Assembly: GCA_963815115.1 (NCBI GenBank)
Contig: CAWFFN010000009.1
Location: 128,001-192,000 of the forward strand
Source: an uncultured delta proteobacterium
GTDB lineage: Bacteria; Desulfobacterota; Binatia; DP-6
DNA length: 64,000 nt
Direction: 5' to 3'
Shown here: positions 36,861-46,723 of the stretch, one piece after another
Layout: the number at the start of each line of letters is the position of its first letter
Position numbering within the stretch: the stretch's first letter is position 1
Notes under the pieces: generated by a model
The model's input: the letters and a program-made list of their open reading frames with translations, nothing else
Told to the model about the DNA's origin: nothing
The model's database searches: none
Made by a program: the position numbers and the translations under genes

Positions 36861-38990
36861 GTGCTCCGGATCGCGGTGGCGGCGCTCGCCGGCATCCTGC
36901 TGGCGCCGCATCCCGCCGCTGGGGTGCAGCCGGCGAAGACGCGCGTTCAGGTCTCGCCCCGCATCGTGCGGCTGGTCGCGGGGCCGGTCGTGGCCGAGGT
37001 ACGCCGCTCGCCGCTCCGGCTGCGGCTGCTGGCGGGTGGGAAGACGCTCGTGCGCGAGCCGAGCGACGGGGGACTCTTCTACGAGCGCAACGGCACGGCG
37101 CACGGCCTCGGCGCCGTACGCGACGCGCGCCGGGTCGGCGACGGCGTGCAGCTCGACGTCGAGACCGACGAGGGCGGCAGCGCGACGGTCACCGTGCGCT
37201 TCCTCACCCGGCGGACTCTCGAGGTCGAGCTGGTGCCGCCCGACCCGGCGAGCGTGAACGCCGTCGGCGAGCGCCTGCGATCACCCGCCAACGAGCGCAT
37301 ATACGGCCTGACCGAGCGGCTGCGCGACTCGCCGGTGATCCAGGCGGGCGTGCTCGATTTCTCCCGCGACGACATCGCTCCGCCCGAGGTCGGCTCCCTC
37401 GATCGCCGCGGCGAGACCGTGGAGATGCGCATCATCCCCACGTTCTCGATCTACGCGCCGTTCTACCAGTCGTCGCTCGGCTACGGGCTGGCCGTCGGGG
37501 GGACCACCTTCGGGCTGTTCGATCTGGCGAAGCGCGATCCGCAGACGGTGCGCTTTCGCTTCGAGACGGCCAGCGCGCCGGAGTCCAGGCGGCTCGTGTT
37601 CCGGCTCTTCGCCGGTCCCGAGTACGCCACCATCCTCGACGAGTACACCAACCTGGTCGGCCGGCCCATCGTGCCACCGGACTGGGCGTTCCTGCACTGG
37701 CGCTGGCGCGGCGAGCTGCGCACCGGCGCGCCCGCGCTGCTCGACGGCGTGCCGGTGAACGCCGACCTGGCCGACGACGTGCTGATGTACGAGCAGCTCG
37801 GCATCCCGGCGGGCGTCTATCACTTCGATCGTCCCGTCCTGGTCGGCAACTTCGGCTTCGCGCGCTGGGAGTGGGACACCGCCCGCCTGCCCAACCCCGA
37901 CGCGATGCTGGCGTCGCTCGCGCGGCGTGGCTACCACACGACGATCTGGAGCGGAGCGTGGATGTGTGGCAGCACGCCCGGCGACGACGGCCTGGAGGCG
38001 CAGGCACTCGGCTACCTGGCTCCCGGCCCCGTCGGGCCACCCAACTGTGCCGACGCCGGTGGCACGAGCTTCATCATGGATGTGACCAATCCCGCCGCGC
38101 AGGCCTGGTGGCGCGACAAGGTGGCGGAGTTCGTGCGCCGCTACGGCATCCAGGGCATCAAGCTCGATCGTGGCGAGGAGCACATCCCGTCCGAGGCGAG
38201 CGACATCTGGGCCGACGGCCGGACCGGGCGCGAGGTGCGGAACGACTATCCGACGCTCCAGGCGCGCATCCACCACGACGCCCTCGCCAGCGTTTTCGGC
38301 GACGACTTCGTGCTCATCTCGCGGCCCGCGTACACCGGGACGCAGCACTGGTCGATCTTCTGGGGCGGAGACATCCCGGGCAGCGAGGCGTTCGGCTTCG
38401 GATCGGGGACCGACCTCGGCCTGCGCAGCGCCATCATCAGCCAGCAGCGCTCGGCCTTCCTGGGCGTCCCGATCTGGGGCTCGGACACGGGCGGCTACTA
38501 CCAGTTCAAGGATCGCGAGGTCTTCGCCCGCTGGATCGAGTTCAGCGCCTTCTCCGGCATCATGGAGATCGGCGGCACAGGAACGCACGCGCCCTGGGAC
38601 ATGCCGACCGAGCCCGGCTACGACACCGAGCTGATCGACATCTATCGCCGCTACACCACGCTGCGCGCCACGCTCCAGCCCTACATCGTGGCGGCGGCGC
38701 GTGAAGCTGCCACCGGCATGCCCGTCGTGCGGCCCATGCCGCTCGCCGACCGGCGCGACCGGAAGCTCGGCGATCTGTGGGACCAATATCTCTTCGGACC
38801 CGACCTGCTGGTCGCGCCGGTGTGGAAGACGGGCGAGCGCCAGCGCACCGTCTACCTGCCGCGCGGGAAGTGGCGGAACTACTGGGACCGCTCGAGGGCG
38901 CTGAAGGGGCGTCGCACCGTGACGGTGAGCGTTCCGCTCGACATGATCGCGGTGTTCGTCCGTGACGGCGCGGCGGTTCCGGGTCCGTAG
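36861..38990 (+). CDS. Secreted glycoside hydrolase family 31 (alpha-glucosidase/xylosidase-like)
   Basis: Signal peptide; YGLTE, PPDWAF, IKLDRGE nucleophile, WGGD, WGSDTGGY, QYLFGPDLLVAPV. Confidence 0.88.
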   Translation: MLRIAVAALAGILLAPHPAAGVQPAKTRVQVSPRIVRLVAGPVVAEVRRSPLRLRLLAGGKTLVREPSDGGLFYERNGTAHGLGAVRDARRVGDGVQLDVETDEGGSATVTVRFLTRRTLEVELVPPDPASVNAVGERLRSPANERIYGLTERLRDSPVIQAGVLDFSRDDIAPPEVGSLDRRGETVEMRIIPTFSIYAPFYQSSLGYGLAVGGTTFGLFDLAKRDPQTVRFRFETASAPESRRLVFRLFAGPEYATILDEYTNLVGRPIVPPDWAFLHWRWRGELRTGAPALLDGVPVNADLADDVLMYEQLGIPAGVYHFDRPVLVGNFGFARWEWDTARLPNPDAMLASLARRGYHTTIWSGAWMCGSTPGDDGLEAQALGYLAPGPVGPPNCADAGGTSFIMDVTNPAAQAWWRDKVAEFVRRYGIQGIKLDRGEEHIPSEASDIWADGRTGREVRNDYPTLQARIHHDALASVFGDDFVLISRPAYTGTQHWSIFWGGDIPGSEAFGFGSGTDLGLRSAIISQQRSAFLGVPIWGSDTGGYYQFKDREVFARWIEFSAFSGIMEIGGTGTHAPWDMPTEPGYDTELIDIYRRYTTLRATLQPYIVAAAREAATGMPVVRPMPLADRRDRKLGDLWDQYLFGPDLLVAPVWKTGERQRTVYLPRGKWRNYWDRSRALKGRRTVTVSVPLDMIAVFVRDGAAVPGP

Positions 38991-38995
38991 CGCCG

Positions 38996-39478
38996 CTAAC
39001 GCCGCCCGTCGAGGAGGGACTCGAGACATGCGGCGCTCTCTTCCTCGAGCTCCGCACAGCGCAGGAACTCCTCTCGCGTCGTCTCACTCTCCGCATGCTG
39101 GGCGAAGTATCTCCAGGTGGCTGCGCCCGCCCGCTCACCCCGCGCCTGGATGGTGAACTGCTCTTCGAGGGGACGGTCCGCGAAGATCGACCTGTTGATC
39201 TCCTCCAGATCGGGATTCTGCTCGAGGAGCTCGCGTCGCACCGAGTCTGCCTCGTCGTACAGTGACTCCACCCGCCGGGCGATCTCTTCCTCACGTTCCG
39301 CGCAGGCCAGGAGGTGAGGCGCGCGCGCATCGTCGCGCGTCTCCTTCGCCCAGATACGGTAGCGCTCGGCTGCCATGCGCTCGGCGATGGCGATGAACAG
39401 GGGACGGTGCGCTCGTGGAACTCGCTGGAGAACGCCGCCCAGGAGAGCGGCAAGATCCGGCGGGTCGACGGCGGTCAC
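38996..39478 (-). CDS. Hypothetical protein, possibly ferritin-like four-helix fold
   Basis: AAAGGAGG RBS; duplicated E..A...Y/W and CAExEEExA pattern. Confidence 0.65.
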   Translation of the reverse strand: MTAVDPPDLAALLGGVLQRVPRAHRPLFIAIAERMAAERYRIWAKETRDDARAPHLLACAEREEEIARRVESLYDEADSVRRELLEQNPDLEEINRSIFADRPLEEQFTIQARGERAGAATWRYFAQHAESETTREEFLRCAELEEESAACLESLLDGRR

Positions 39479-39526
39479 GGGATACCCTCCTTTCGAGGCG
39501 ACGTCGCGACGATGGTGGGTGGACCC

Positions 39527-40870
39527 TCAGAGCAGCGAGCCGCGCAGGATCACGCTCGCCACCGTGAAGTAGATCACGATGCCGGTGACGTCGACCAGCG
39601 TGGCGACGAACGGCGCCGAGGCGCTGGCCGGGTCGAAGCCGAGTCGGCGCAGCAGCAACGGAAGCATCGAGCCCGCCATGGTGCCGAACATGACGACGCC
39701 GATCAGGCTGCCCGCCACCGTGCAGGCGATCAGGAAGTAGTGCTCGCCGTAGAGGTTGAAGAGGCACTGCCAGCTCAGGATGCGGACGAACCCGAGCGTG
39801 GCGAGGATGAGCCCGAGCGCGAGGCCGGCCATGAACTCGCGCCGGATGACGCGCCACCAGTCGCGCAGCTTGAGCTCGCCCGAGGGCGATCGCGCGCATC
39901 ACCAGCGTGGACGCCTGGGAGCCCGAGTTGCCGCCGCTGCTGATGATGAGCGGGCACGAAGAGGGCCAGGACCACGGCGCGGGCGATCTCCTTCTCGAAG
40001 ACCGCCATGGCGCTGGCGGTGAGCATCTCGCCCAGGAAGAGGACGGACAGCCAGCCGGCCCGCTTCTGCATCATGCGCCCCGAACCCGATGCTCAGATAG
40101 GGCGCGTCGAGGGCCTCCATGCCGCCGAGCTTCTGGATGTCCTCGGTCGCCTCCTCCTGCACGACGTCGACGATGTCGTCGACGGTGACGATGCCCTTCA
40201 CCCGGCCCTCCGCGTCGACCACGGGCATGGCCAGGAAGTTGTGCTCGGCGAACAGCTTGCTCACCGCTTCCTGGTCCATGTCTTCGGGAACCGTGACCAC
40301 CTTCGTGCTCATCACGTCGCGCACGCGCTTCTCGGGCGGCGCGGAGAAGAGATCGCGGAACGACACCACGCCGAGGAGGTGCTGCTCGGCGTCGAGGACG
40401 TAGACGTAGTAGACGGTCTCGCAGGCCGCTCGCGCGTCTGCCGGCGCAGGTAGCTGATCGCCTCGTCGACGCTCATGTCGGGGCGCAGCCGCGCGTAGCG
40501 CGGGTTCATCAGGCCGCCGGCCTCGTCCTCGGCGTAGGCGAGGAGCGCCACCACCTCCTTGCGGGTCGGCTCGTCGAGCAGCGCCAGCAGCGCCGTCGCG
40601 CTCCTCGGCGGCCGCCTCCTGGACCACGTCGGCCGCGTCGTCCGGCGGCAGGAAGCGCATCAACGAGCGGCGGGTGGCGGGAGGCGCGGCCAGCAGCATC
40701 TCGGCCTGGTCGTGCGCGTGCATGCCGAGAAAGAGCGTCTCGGTCTCGGCGTGCGTGAGGAGGGCGAGGCCTTCCAGCCGCTCGTCCGTCGACAGCACCG
40801 GCCAGGCCTCGCGCAGCTCGATTCCGGTGAGCCCGGCCTCGCCCGCTCGCTCCTCGGCGGGAGCCGACAT
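39527..40870 (-). CDS. mgtE: Magnesium transporter MgtE; several frameshifts
   Basis: PDDAAD, AGGLM, CBS pair, [17 protein letters not shown] and [18 protein letters not shown] across frames. Confidence 0.9.
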
Positions 40871-41069
40871 GACGCGCTGAACCTCCTCCTGCCCCCGGGG
40901 CCGGGGCGGACGGAGCCGCGTCCGTGCCAGGGGCGATCTACGCGATGTGAGGACGGCTTTGGCCGTCGCTTCCCATATCTCTCAAAGTTCCTAGCGCAAG
41001 TCCCCAGTCGCGTCCAGCCATGCGTCCCCGTTTGAACGCCCCGGCGGCCGGCGCTATTGCTTGCGGCAT

Positions 41070-41897
41070 ATGGCCACGATGATCACCTCCGAGTGCATCA
41101 ACTGCGGCGCCTGCGAGCCCGAGTGCCCGAACACCGCGATCTACCAGGGCGCCGTGGAATGGCAGGCACCGGACGGCGCGATGCACCCGGCGCTGTCGAG
41201 CGAGATCTTCTACATCGTGCCGGAGAAGTGCACCGAGTGCGTCGGATTCCACGATCACGAGGCGTGCGCGGCGGTCTGCCCGGTGGATTGCTGCGTCCCC
41301 AACCCGGACATCCCCGAGACCCACGAGGTGCTGCTGGCGCGCGCCCGCGAGCTCCACCCGGAGGAGACGATTCCCGACGATGCCCCGTCGCGCTTCACGA
41401 AGAGCGGCGCGGAAGCCGCTCTGCCGCCGCGGGCCCTCCGGCCGCTCCCGCTGCCGCGCCTCAGCCAAAGCCGGCGCCCGCGCCCGTCGCTCCTGCTGCG
41501 GGGGCGCCCGCCACCGAGGAGCTCCGCTCGGGTCTGGCCATTCCGCCGCCCGAGGAGTGGGAGGTGCCGATCCACTGCTTCCGCTGCCAGGGCGAGTACG
41601 CGGTTCCCTTCGTCAGCTATCGTGCGGGGACGGTGTTCCGCTGCCCGCACTGCCTCGGGTCCTTCGTCCCCACGCTGAGCATGGTGAGCGCCGTGGCGGA
41701 TACGCTGGAACGCTTCCACCAGGGCTGGAGCGAGGCCTTCCAGCGTTTTCACGACAAGAGGCAGCGCGAGCTGGCGCAGTTCGAGGAGCGGCAGCGCCAG
41801 GAGCTGGCGCGCTTCGAGCAGCAGCTGCACGACCGTCGCGACCCGCGAGAAGGCCGCCGGGGCACCCACCAAGCGCCGCGCCTTCTTCTCGTTCTGA
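41070..41897 (+). CDS. YfhL-type 2x[4Fe-4S] ferredoxin with C-terminal Zn-ribbon/coiled-coil extension; apparent frameshifts near 41420 and 41832
   Basis: CINCGACEPECP and CTECVG...CAAVCPVDCC; downstream CFRC...CPHC in an adjacent frame. Confidence 0.7.
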
Positions 41898-41921
41898 CGG
41901 GTCGCACGAGCGCCGGCGGCG

Positions 41922-43823
41922 GTGCGGCAGCGGCTTCACGAGTATCTGCTCGAGCGACCGGACGGGGCGACGCCGGGCGAGCTGCTCGCGCTGGTGTTCT
42001 CCGGGCAGGGCCGGGACCCCGAGTTCGGCACGCGGTTCCTCGACGTGCTGCTCGGGGCGGACCAGCGCTTCTCCTTCGACCCCGCGGCCCGCCGCTGGCA
42101 TGCCCGCGCCAACGACTCCTTCGCCCGCCTGATCGCCGGGCAGGCGTTCGTCGTCGTCGACCTCGAGACCACCGGCGGCGGGCCCGGCGGGCGGTGCCAT
42201 CACCGAGATCGGCGCGGTGCGCGTCGTCGGCGGCAGGCTCGACGAGACGTTCACCACGCTGGTCAATCCCGGGCCGCCCGATCCAGCCCTTCGTCATCGG
42301 CCCTCACCGGCATCACCGACGCCATGGTCGCGGACGCGCCGCGCATCGCCGAGGTGCTGCCGCGCTTCCTCGACTTCGCCGGCGACGCCGTGCTGGTCGC
42401 GCACAACGCCGGCTTCGACGTCGGCCATCTCGACGCCGCGCACCGGGCGCTCACGGGGCGACGGGCTCGGGCACCCGACGCTGTGCACGCTACGCCTCGC
42501 GCGCCGGCTGCTGCCGGAGCTCCGACGGCGCTCGCTCGACTCCGTGGCCGGCCGCGCTCGGCATCGCCTGCTACGATCGCCATCGCGGCCTGGGCGACGC
42601 CCGCATCGCCGCCGAGATCCTGTGCGTCTTCCTCGAGCGCGCGGCGGAGCGCGGGGTGGTCAGGCTGGGCGAGCTGCTCGCGCTCCAGCACGCGCGCCAG
42701 CGACGGCCGGCCGTTCGTCGTGCACGTGCCGCGGGAGCGTCTCGCCGCGGTGCCGTCGACGCCGGGCGTCTACCACCTGCTCGGCGAGGACGGCCGCCTG
42801 CTCTACGTCGGCAAGGCGCGGCGGCTCCGCGAGCGGCTCGGCAACTGGTTCACCAACGCGCGCGGCCACGGTCCGCGCGCGCTGGAGATGATCCGCCAGG
42901 TCTACGACGTCCGCGTCGTCGAGACGGGCTCGGAGCTCGCCGCGTCGCTGCTCGAGATGCGACAGATCCGCGAGCTGCGGCCGCCGTACAATCGCCAGGG
43001 GCGGCAGCTGCCGCGCGTCGCCTTCCTGCGTCTCACCACCCGCGAGCCCTACCCGCGTCTCGCGGTCACTCGCCGCCTGGGCACCGACCGCGCGATCTAC
43101 CTCGGTCCCTTCGTCAGCGCCGGAGCAGCCGAGCGTGCCGAGGCGGTGCTGGCGCGCGTCTTCGGGCTGCGGACCTGCTCCGGACGCCTCCACCCGTCGC
43201 CGGAGGCGACGCCCTGTCTGCTCGGCCAGGTGGGCACCTGCCCGTCGCCCTGCGCCGCACGCATCGCCGAGGCCGACTACCGGCAGCAGGTCGATGCCTG
43301 CCTCGCGTTCGTCGACGGGCGCGACGACTGCCCGGTCGAGCGCCTGACGCTCCGTCGCGACGAGGCGGCCGCGGCGCTGCGCTTCGAAGCGGCGGCGCGC
43401 TGCCAGCGCGATCTCCTCCTGCTCGACGATCTCCGCCGGCGTCGCCAGGGGTTGCGATGGATCGTGGCGCGGCAGAACTTCGTCGTTCTGCTGCCGACCG
43501 CGACGGGTGACGGCGCCCAGCTCTATGCCGCACTGGGCGGCCGGCTGGCGCTGGAGATGCCGGTACGGGCGAGCGCGGACCTGGTGGCGGCGGTCGAGCT
43601 GATGCGCGAACGCTTCGCGCGCTACCAGGACGCACCGCTGGAGCGAGGCGACGTCGCCGCCAGCACCATCCTCGCGGCGTGGCTTCGCGATCGGGGGCAC
43701 GAGGGACTCATCCTCCTGCTCGACGGTCCCGAGACGCTCGCCGAGCGCCTGGACGACCTGACGGTGACCCTGACCGACCTGTGCCAGCGAGGCCCGCTCC
43801 CGCAGATCGAGGGGCTCGCCTGA
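41922..43823 (+). CDS. DEDDh exonuclease (DnaQ-like) fused to GIY-YIG/UvrC-like nuclease; several frameshifts at 42180-42700
   Basis: [27 protein letters not shown]...LYVGKA, C-x-L..CPSPC and [17 protein letters not shown]. Confidence 0.85.
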   Translation: MRQRLHEYLLERPDGATPGELLALVFSGQGRDPEFGTRFLDVLLGADQRFSFDPAARRWHARANDSFARLIAGQAFVVVDLETTGGGPGGRCHHRDRRGARRRRQARRDVHHAGQSRAARSSPSSSALTGITDAMVADAPRIAEVLPRFLDFAGDAVLVAHNAGFDVGHLDAAHRALTGRRARAPDAVHATPRAPAAAGAPTALARLRGRPRSASPATIAIAAWATPASPPRSCASSSSARRSAGWSGWASCSRSSTRASDGRPFVVHVPRERLAAVPSTPGVYHLLGEDGRLLYVGKARRLRERLGNWFTNARGHGPRALEMIRQVYDVRVVETGSELAASLLEMRQIRELRPPYNRQGRQLPRVAFLRLTTREPYPRLAVTRRLGTDRAIYLGPFVSAGAAERAEAVLARVFGLRTCSGRLHPSPEATPCLLGQVGTCPSPCAARIAEADYRQQVDACLAFVDGRDDCPVERLTLRRDEAAAALRFEAAARCQRDLLLLDDLRRRRQGLRWIVARQNFVVLLPTATGDGAQLYAALGGRLALEMPVRASADLVAAVELMRERFARYQDAPLERGDVAASTILAAWLRDRGHEGLILLLDGPETLAERLDDLTVTLTDLCQRGPLPQIEGLA

Positions 43824-43867
43824 CCGTCGGCGCGGCGGGCCGTGGTCGACACCGAGCAGTGCCGCCG

Positions 43868-45058
43868 CTAGTGCGGCGACTCGGCGGCGTTCGCTGCCAG
43901 CACCGGCTCGGGTCCCTCGACCGGAACCATGCGGCCGTCCGCCAGCACCCGCAGGCGCTGCCCGCTCCAGTCGACGTCGCGTCCGAGCCAGGAGGCGCAC
44001 CAGACGCCCGAGTAGGCGAGATCCTTCAGCGGCACCAGCCAGAGATGGCGGACCGTGTCCGTGTCGCGGAGCATGCCGGCGATCGCCCGCAGACCGAGCA
44101 GCCGGCAGAGAAGCGCCGTCGCGAGCGCGAGCCAGCCGATCGCAGCGCCTCCGGTCGCGAGCACCGCGAGCACTCCCCACAGCGTCGTCTGGATGATGAT
44201 GGTGGCGAACCAGCCGACGGGCTGACAGACACGGTAGGTGCGCGCCCAGCGCAGGTGGTGGCGCCAGACGTCCCGCATGGTCTGCGAGTCGGGCACCGTT
44301 TCCACCACGTAGGGCAGCAGGCGCAGCCCCCAGCCGGCCTCCGCGACGCGGCGCCCGAGCACGTAGTCGTCGGCGAGGTGGGCGCGCATCTCCTCGAAGC
44401 CGCCGATGGCGTCGAGCGCCTCGCGCCTGAACGCGATGGACGCGCCGTAGGCATACCTGAAGCGCTGCACCCACTGCGCCATCAGCACCATGGGGAGGAA
44501 GTCGGTGTTGATGAGGAGCGATTCGACGATGGCGGGAATGCCGCCCGCGGCGCGGCCCCGGTAGAGGCAGGTGGTGAGGCCGACCGCCGGGTCGGCGAGG
44601 GGGGCGACCAGCCGGTGCAGGTAGTCGGCTCGCACCCGGATGTCGGCGTCGCTCAGCACGAGCACGTCGTGCTTGGCGTGGCGCATCATGTGGACCAGGT
44701 TGGCGACCTTGCGGTTGGCGCCCTCCTCGTGGCCGATCGCGAGCGCGATGTCGATGTGCGGGAAGCGCCGCACGAGTCCGCGCACCACCTCGACGGCCGG
44801 GTCACGCGCGTCCTCGACCCCGAAGACGATCTGGTACGCGGGGTAGCCCTGGCGGCAGAAGCTCTCGAGGTTGGCGTCGAGCTCGATTCCGGGACCCTTG
44901 AGCGGCTTCAGCACCGTCACCGGCGGACACGGGGCGGCCGAGCTTCGCGCGCCAGGCCGCGACCGCCGGAGGAAGCGCCACGCGGCCACCAGCTGGACCA
45001 GCTGATAGACGCTCGCCACGCCCGAGCAGGCGAGGACGACGAGGATCAGGGGATGCAT
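43868..45058 (-). CDS. hpnI: Bacteriohopanetetrol glucosamine biosynthesis glycosyltransferase HpnI
   Basis: VTVLKPLKG, GANRKVANL, LSDADI, LADDY and LRWART; adjacent to hpnJ. Confidence 0.82.
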   Translation of the reverse strand: MHPLILVVLACSGVASVYQLVQLVAAWRFLRRSRPGARSSAAPCPPVTVLKPLKGPGIELDANLESFCRQGYPAYQIVFGVEDARDPAVEVVRGLVRRFPHIDIALAIGHEEGANRKVANLVHMMRHAKHDVLVLSDADIRVRADYLHRLVAPLADPAVGLTTCLYRGRAAGGIPAIVESLLINTDFLPMVLMAQWVQRFRYAYGASIAFRREALDAIGGFEEMRAHLADDYVLGRRVAEAGWGLRLLPYVVETVPDSQTMRDVWRHHLRWARTYRVCQPVGWFATIIIQTTLWGVLAVLATGGAAIGWLALATALLCRLLGLRAIAGMLRDTDTVRHLWLVPLKDLAYSGVWCASWLGRDVDWSGQRLRVLADGRMVPVEGPEPVLAANAAESPH

Positions 45059-45060
45059 GC

Positions 45061-46506
45061 TCACGCCCGAGCCGCCTCCCCGCTCCGTGCCATCTGGCGG
45101 CGCTTCCACATCGCACCGAGGAACTGCCGTCCCTCGGACAGGAGCCGCTTCCGCTCCTCGCGGTCGCGCGCCATCTTCTTGAGCGACTTCCAGATGTAGC
45201 GCCGGCTGAAGTAGTAGCGCCGGTAGAACGTCTCCACCGCGCGGAAGATCTCGTCCGCCGAGACCTCGGGGTAGCTCACGGTGCACTTCTGGTAGCCCAT
45301 GTCGTCGACCAGGCTGTCGACCGTGAGGTAGCCGTTGTCGCGCACCCAGTCGTACATCGCCGTGCCGGGATAGGGCGACGCGAGAGACACCTGGAGGGTC
45401 TCGGGCCGCATCTCCTGCGCGAAGCGAATCGTCTCCTCGATGCTCTCGTGCGTCTCCCCGGGCAGGCCGAGGATGAACGTGCCGTGGATCAGCACGCCGA
45501 CGTCGTGGCAGTCGCGCGTGAAGCGGCGAGCCCGGTCGACGCTCACGCCCTTCTTGATGTTGCGCAGGATCTGCTCGTTGCCCGACTCGTAGCCGACCAC
45601 GAACAGCCGCAGCCCGTTGTCCTTCAGGACGCCCAACGTGTCGCGATCGACGTTCGCACGCGAGTTGGTGGACCACGTGAGCCCCAGCTTGCCGAGCCCG
45701 CGCGCGATCTCCACGGCGCGCTTGGGATCGGCCGTGAAGGTGTCGTCGTCGAAGAAGAGCTCCTTCATCTCGGGGAAGAGCCGCTTCACCCGGGAGCACT
45801 CCTCGAGGACGTTGTCGACGTTGCGCGTGCGATAGCTGTGACCGGTGGTCACCTGCGGCCAGAGACAGAAGGTGCAGCGCGCGGGGCAGCCGCGGCCCGT
45901 GTAGAGCGAGACGTAGGGATACTGGCAGTAGGGGCTGTTGTACTTCTTGTAGTCGAGATCGCGGGCGTAGACGTCGGTGGCGAACGGCAGCGAGTCGAGG
46001 TGCTCGGTCGCGAGCGGCGGCGCCTCGTCGTTGTGCACGTAGATGCCGTCGCGGAGGAAGCTCACGCCGTGGACGTCCGCGAGCGGGCGCCCCTCGGCGA
46101 CCGCCACCACGGCCAGGTCGAACTCCTTGCGCGCGACGTAGTCGATGACGCCGGCGTGACGCAGGGACTCCTCGGGTCGCGCCGTCACGTGTCCGCCGAC
46201 GAAGCCGATCATGGTGTCCGGCTTGGCGGACTTGAGCACCTCGGCGGTGCGCACGTCGGCACGGAACGACGGCGTGCTGGTGTGGATGACGACGTGATCG
46301 TAGTCACGTGCCACCTGCACCACGTCCTCGACCGTCAGGTGCTCGGGCGGAGCGTCGAGCAGCCGGGCGCCGGGCAGCATGCCCGCGGGGTAGGCCAGCC
46401 AGGTCGGGTACCAGAAGGACCAGACCTCGCGCTTCGCCTGGTAGCGCGAGCCGGCTCCTCCGTCGAAGTCGTCATACGAAGGCGGATTCAGCAGCAGCGT
46501 GCGCAT
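45061..46506 (-). CDS. hpnJ: Hopanoid biosynthesis-associated radical SAM protein HpnJ
   Basis: FDGGAGSRYQAKREVWSFWYPTWLA signature; CPARCTFC SAM motif. Confidence 0.9.
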   Translation of the reverse strand: MRTLLLNPPSYDDFDGGAGSRYQAKREVWSFWYPTWLAYPAGMLPGARLLDAPPEHLTVEDVVQVARDYDHVVIHTSTPSFRADVRTAEVLKSAKPDTMIGFVGGHVTARPEESLRHAGVIDYVARKEFDLAVVAVAEGRPLADVHGVSFLRDGIYVHNDEAPPLATEHLDSLPFATDVYARDLDYKKYNSPYCQYPYVSLYTGRGCPARCTFCLWPQVTTGHSYRTRNVDNVLEECSRVKRLFPEMKELFFDDDTFTADPKRAVEIARGLGKLGLTWSTNSRANVDRDTLGVLKDNGLRLFVVGYESGNEQILRNIKKGVSVDRARRFTRDCHDVGVLIHGTFILGLPGETHESIEETIRFAQEMRPETLQVSLASPYPGTAMYDWVRDNGYLTVDSLVDDMGYQKCTVSYPEVSADEIFRAVETFYRRYYFSRRYIWKSLKKMARDREERKRLLSEGRQFLGAMWKRRQMARSGEAARA

Positions 46507-46723
46507 CCCCTTTTTTCCTCTCCTCACTGACCCGATTGAGGCACGCGGTGCGGGCACTTCCGGGCACCTTGCCCGGGCTATCGATCATCCTGACCGAACG
46601 GTAAGCGACGTGCTTAGCGAACCCGACACGGAGGCGCAAGGGAGACGTCACGGTGACGTTGTCTCGCTGACTCAAACGTTGGCTTGCACCGGCGCCTCGG
46701 CCGTCGCATAACCGGCTCGTCGC

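Noticed and set aside
40871-41069. Possible Mg2+ (M-box) riboswitch upstream of mgtE
   Set aside because: Only a short GC hairpin is visible and no recognisable conserved M-box sequence; an Rfam scan would settle it.
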